A stretch of DNA of 64,000 nt from Patescibacteria group bacterium. Lineage in GTDB: Bacteria > Patescibacteriota > Patescibacteriia > Buchananbacterales > UBA6539. Numbering within the stretch: the stretch's first letter is position 1; the number at the start of each line of letters is the position of its first letter. The notes beneath the pieces were generated by a model. The model worked only from the letters and a program-made list of their open reading frames with translations, was not told the origin of the DNA and searched no databases. The position numbers and the translations under genes are program-made. The DNA lies in NCBI GenBank assembly GCA_028688055.1, contig JAQTYZ010000001.1:242910-306909 (forward strand), read 5' to 3'. Positions 63,655-64,000 of this stretch are shown piece after piece.

Positions 63655-64000
63655 ATGGAAATATTTACTTACTTTTGGCACTACTATCTCTTTATTCCAC
63701 TTTTTAATTTACTAATTTGGTTGTATTTAAATTATTCATCATATAATTTAGGCATTGCCATTATCCTACTGACCGTTGCTGTTAGAATAATACTGCTACC
63801 CTTTACGATTCTAACCGAACGGGGAAAAATTGTCAGCGAAAAATTAGCTGTTGAAGTAAAGGAAATCAAGCGAGACTATTCCAACGATCCGGTTAAACAA
63901 AAAATAATGATTCGCCGGCTTTTGAAAAAAAGAAGGATTAGACCTTGGTCAAAAGCTGTATCCTTGGGCTTTCAAGCTTTAATTTTAGTCTTGTTGTATC
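63655..64000 (+). CDS. yidC: Membrane protein insertase YidC/Oxa1 family (N-terminal part, runs off the window)
   Basis: LGIAIILLTVAVRIILLPFT matches the YidC core TM2 signature; ORF is still open at the window end. Confidence 0.6.
   Translation, partial: MEIFTYFWHYYLFIPLFNLLIWLYLNYSSYNLGIAIILLTVAVRIILLPFTILTERGKIVSEKLAVEVKEIKRDYSNDPVKQKIMIRRLLKKRRIRPWSKAVSLGFQALILVLLY

Noticed and set aside
1-64000. Searched for CRISPR arrays, integrase/transposase genes, prophage modules, toxin-antitoxin pairs and known defence operons
   Set aside because: No regularly spaced direct repeats, no recombinase-like ORFs, no phage structural genes found. The only mobile-like signals are the tRNA-Lys rearrangements and the two compositional islands.

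Overview
This 64-kb window has low GC (about 37-38% by eye) and is almost entirely coding. Gene content and architecture look like a reduced-genome, CPR/Patescibacteria-like bacterium; this is inference from gene content only. Most genes are on the + strand and are housekeeping: dnaX, ybaB, recJ, rnhA, lepA, murJ, tgt, rplY, rplU, ftsE/ftsX, ftsB-like, RodA/FtsW, yidC, and recR/dnaB on the - strand. RNA genes found by hand: tRNA-Gln(CUG), tRNA-Gln(UUG), tRNA-Lys(UUU), tRNA-Thr(CGU), tRNA-Gly(CCC), and a bacterial type-A RNase P RNA (rnpB) on the - strand that the ORF track mis-reports as a 72-aa ORF. Envelope and glycan machinery is prominent. It includes a 1666-aa single polypeptide fusing GT2 + GT2(QxxRW) + Wzx-like flippase + GT4. 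It also includes a cluster of polyprenyl-phosphate sugar transferase, three GT4s, a DUF4012 protein and a DUF11-repeat protein, plus a WecA/MraY-family transferase. A 1660-aa surface protein carries a recently duplicated PA14 module, Myxococcus-type Cys-rich repeats, MopE-like metal-binding motifs, Cna-B-like and Fn3-like domains. Further unusual points: (i) two separate high-GC (~55-60%) islands, each encoding one secreted protein and each with its own promoter/terminator, embedded in the low-GC background; (ii) a GIY-YIG nuclease ORF wedged between a 5' pseudo-copy and the intact copy of tRNA-Lys, plus a 3' tRNA-Lys direct repeat about 1.1 kb downstream bracketing a CaCA exchanger gene; (iii) a membrane-anchored ClpB/C-like AAA+ protein with a DnaJ-type zinc finger and a degenerate first ATPase domain; (iv) an orphan, TM-less histidine kinase with two tandem HisKA-HATPase cores. 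No CRISPR array, integrase, transposase or recognisable prophage or defence operon was seen.
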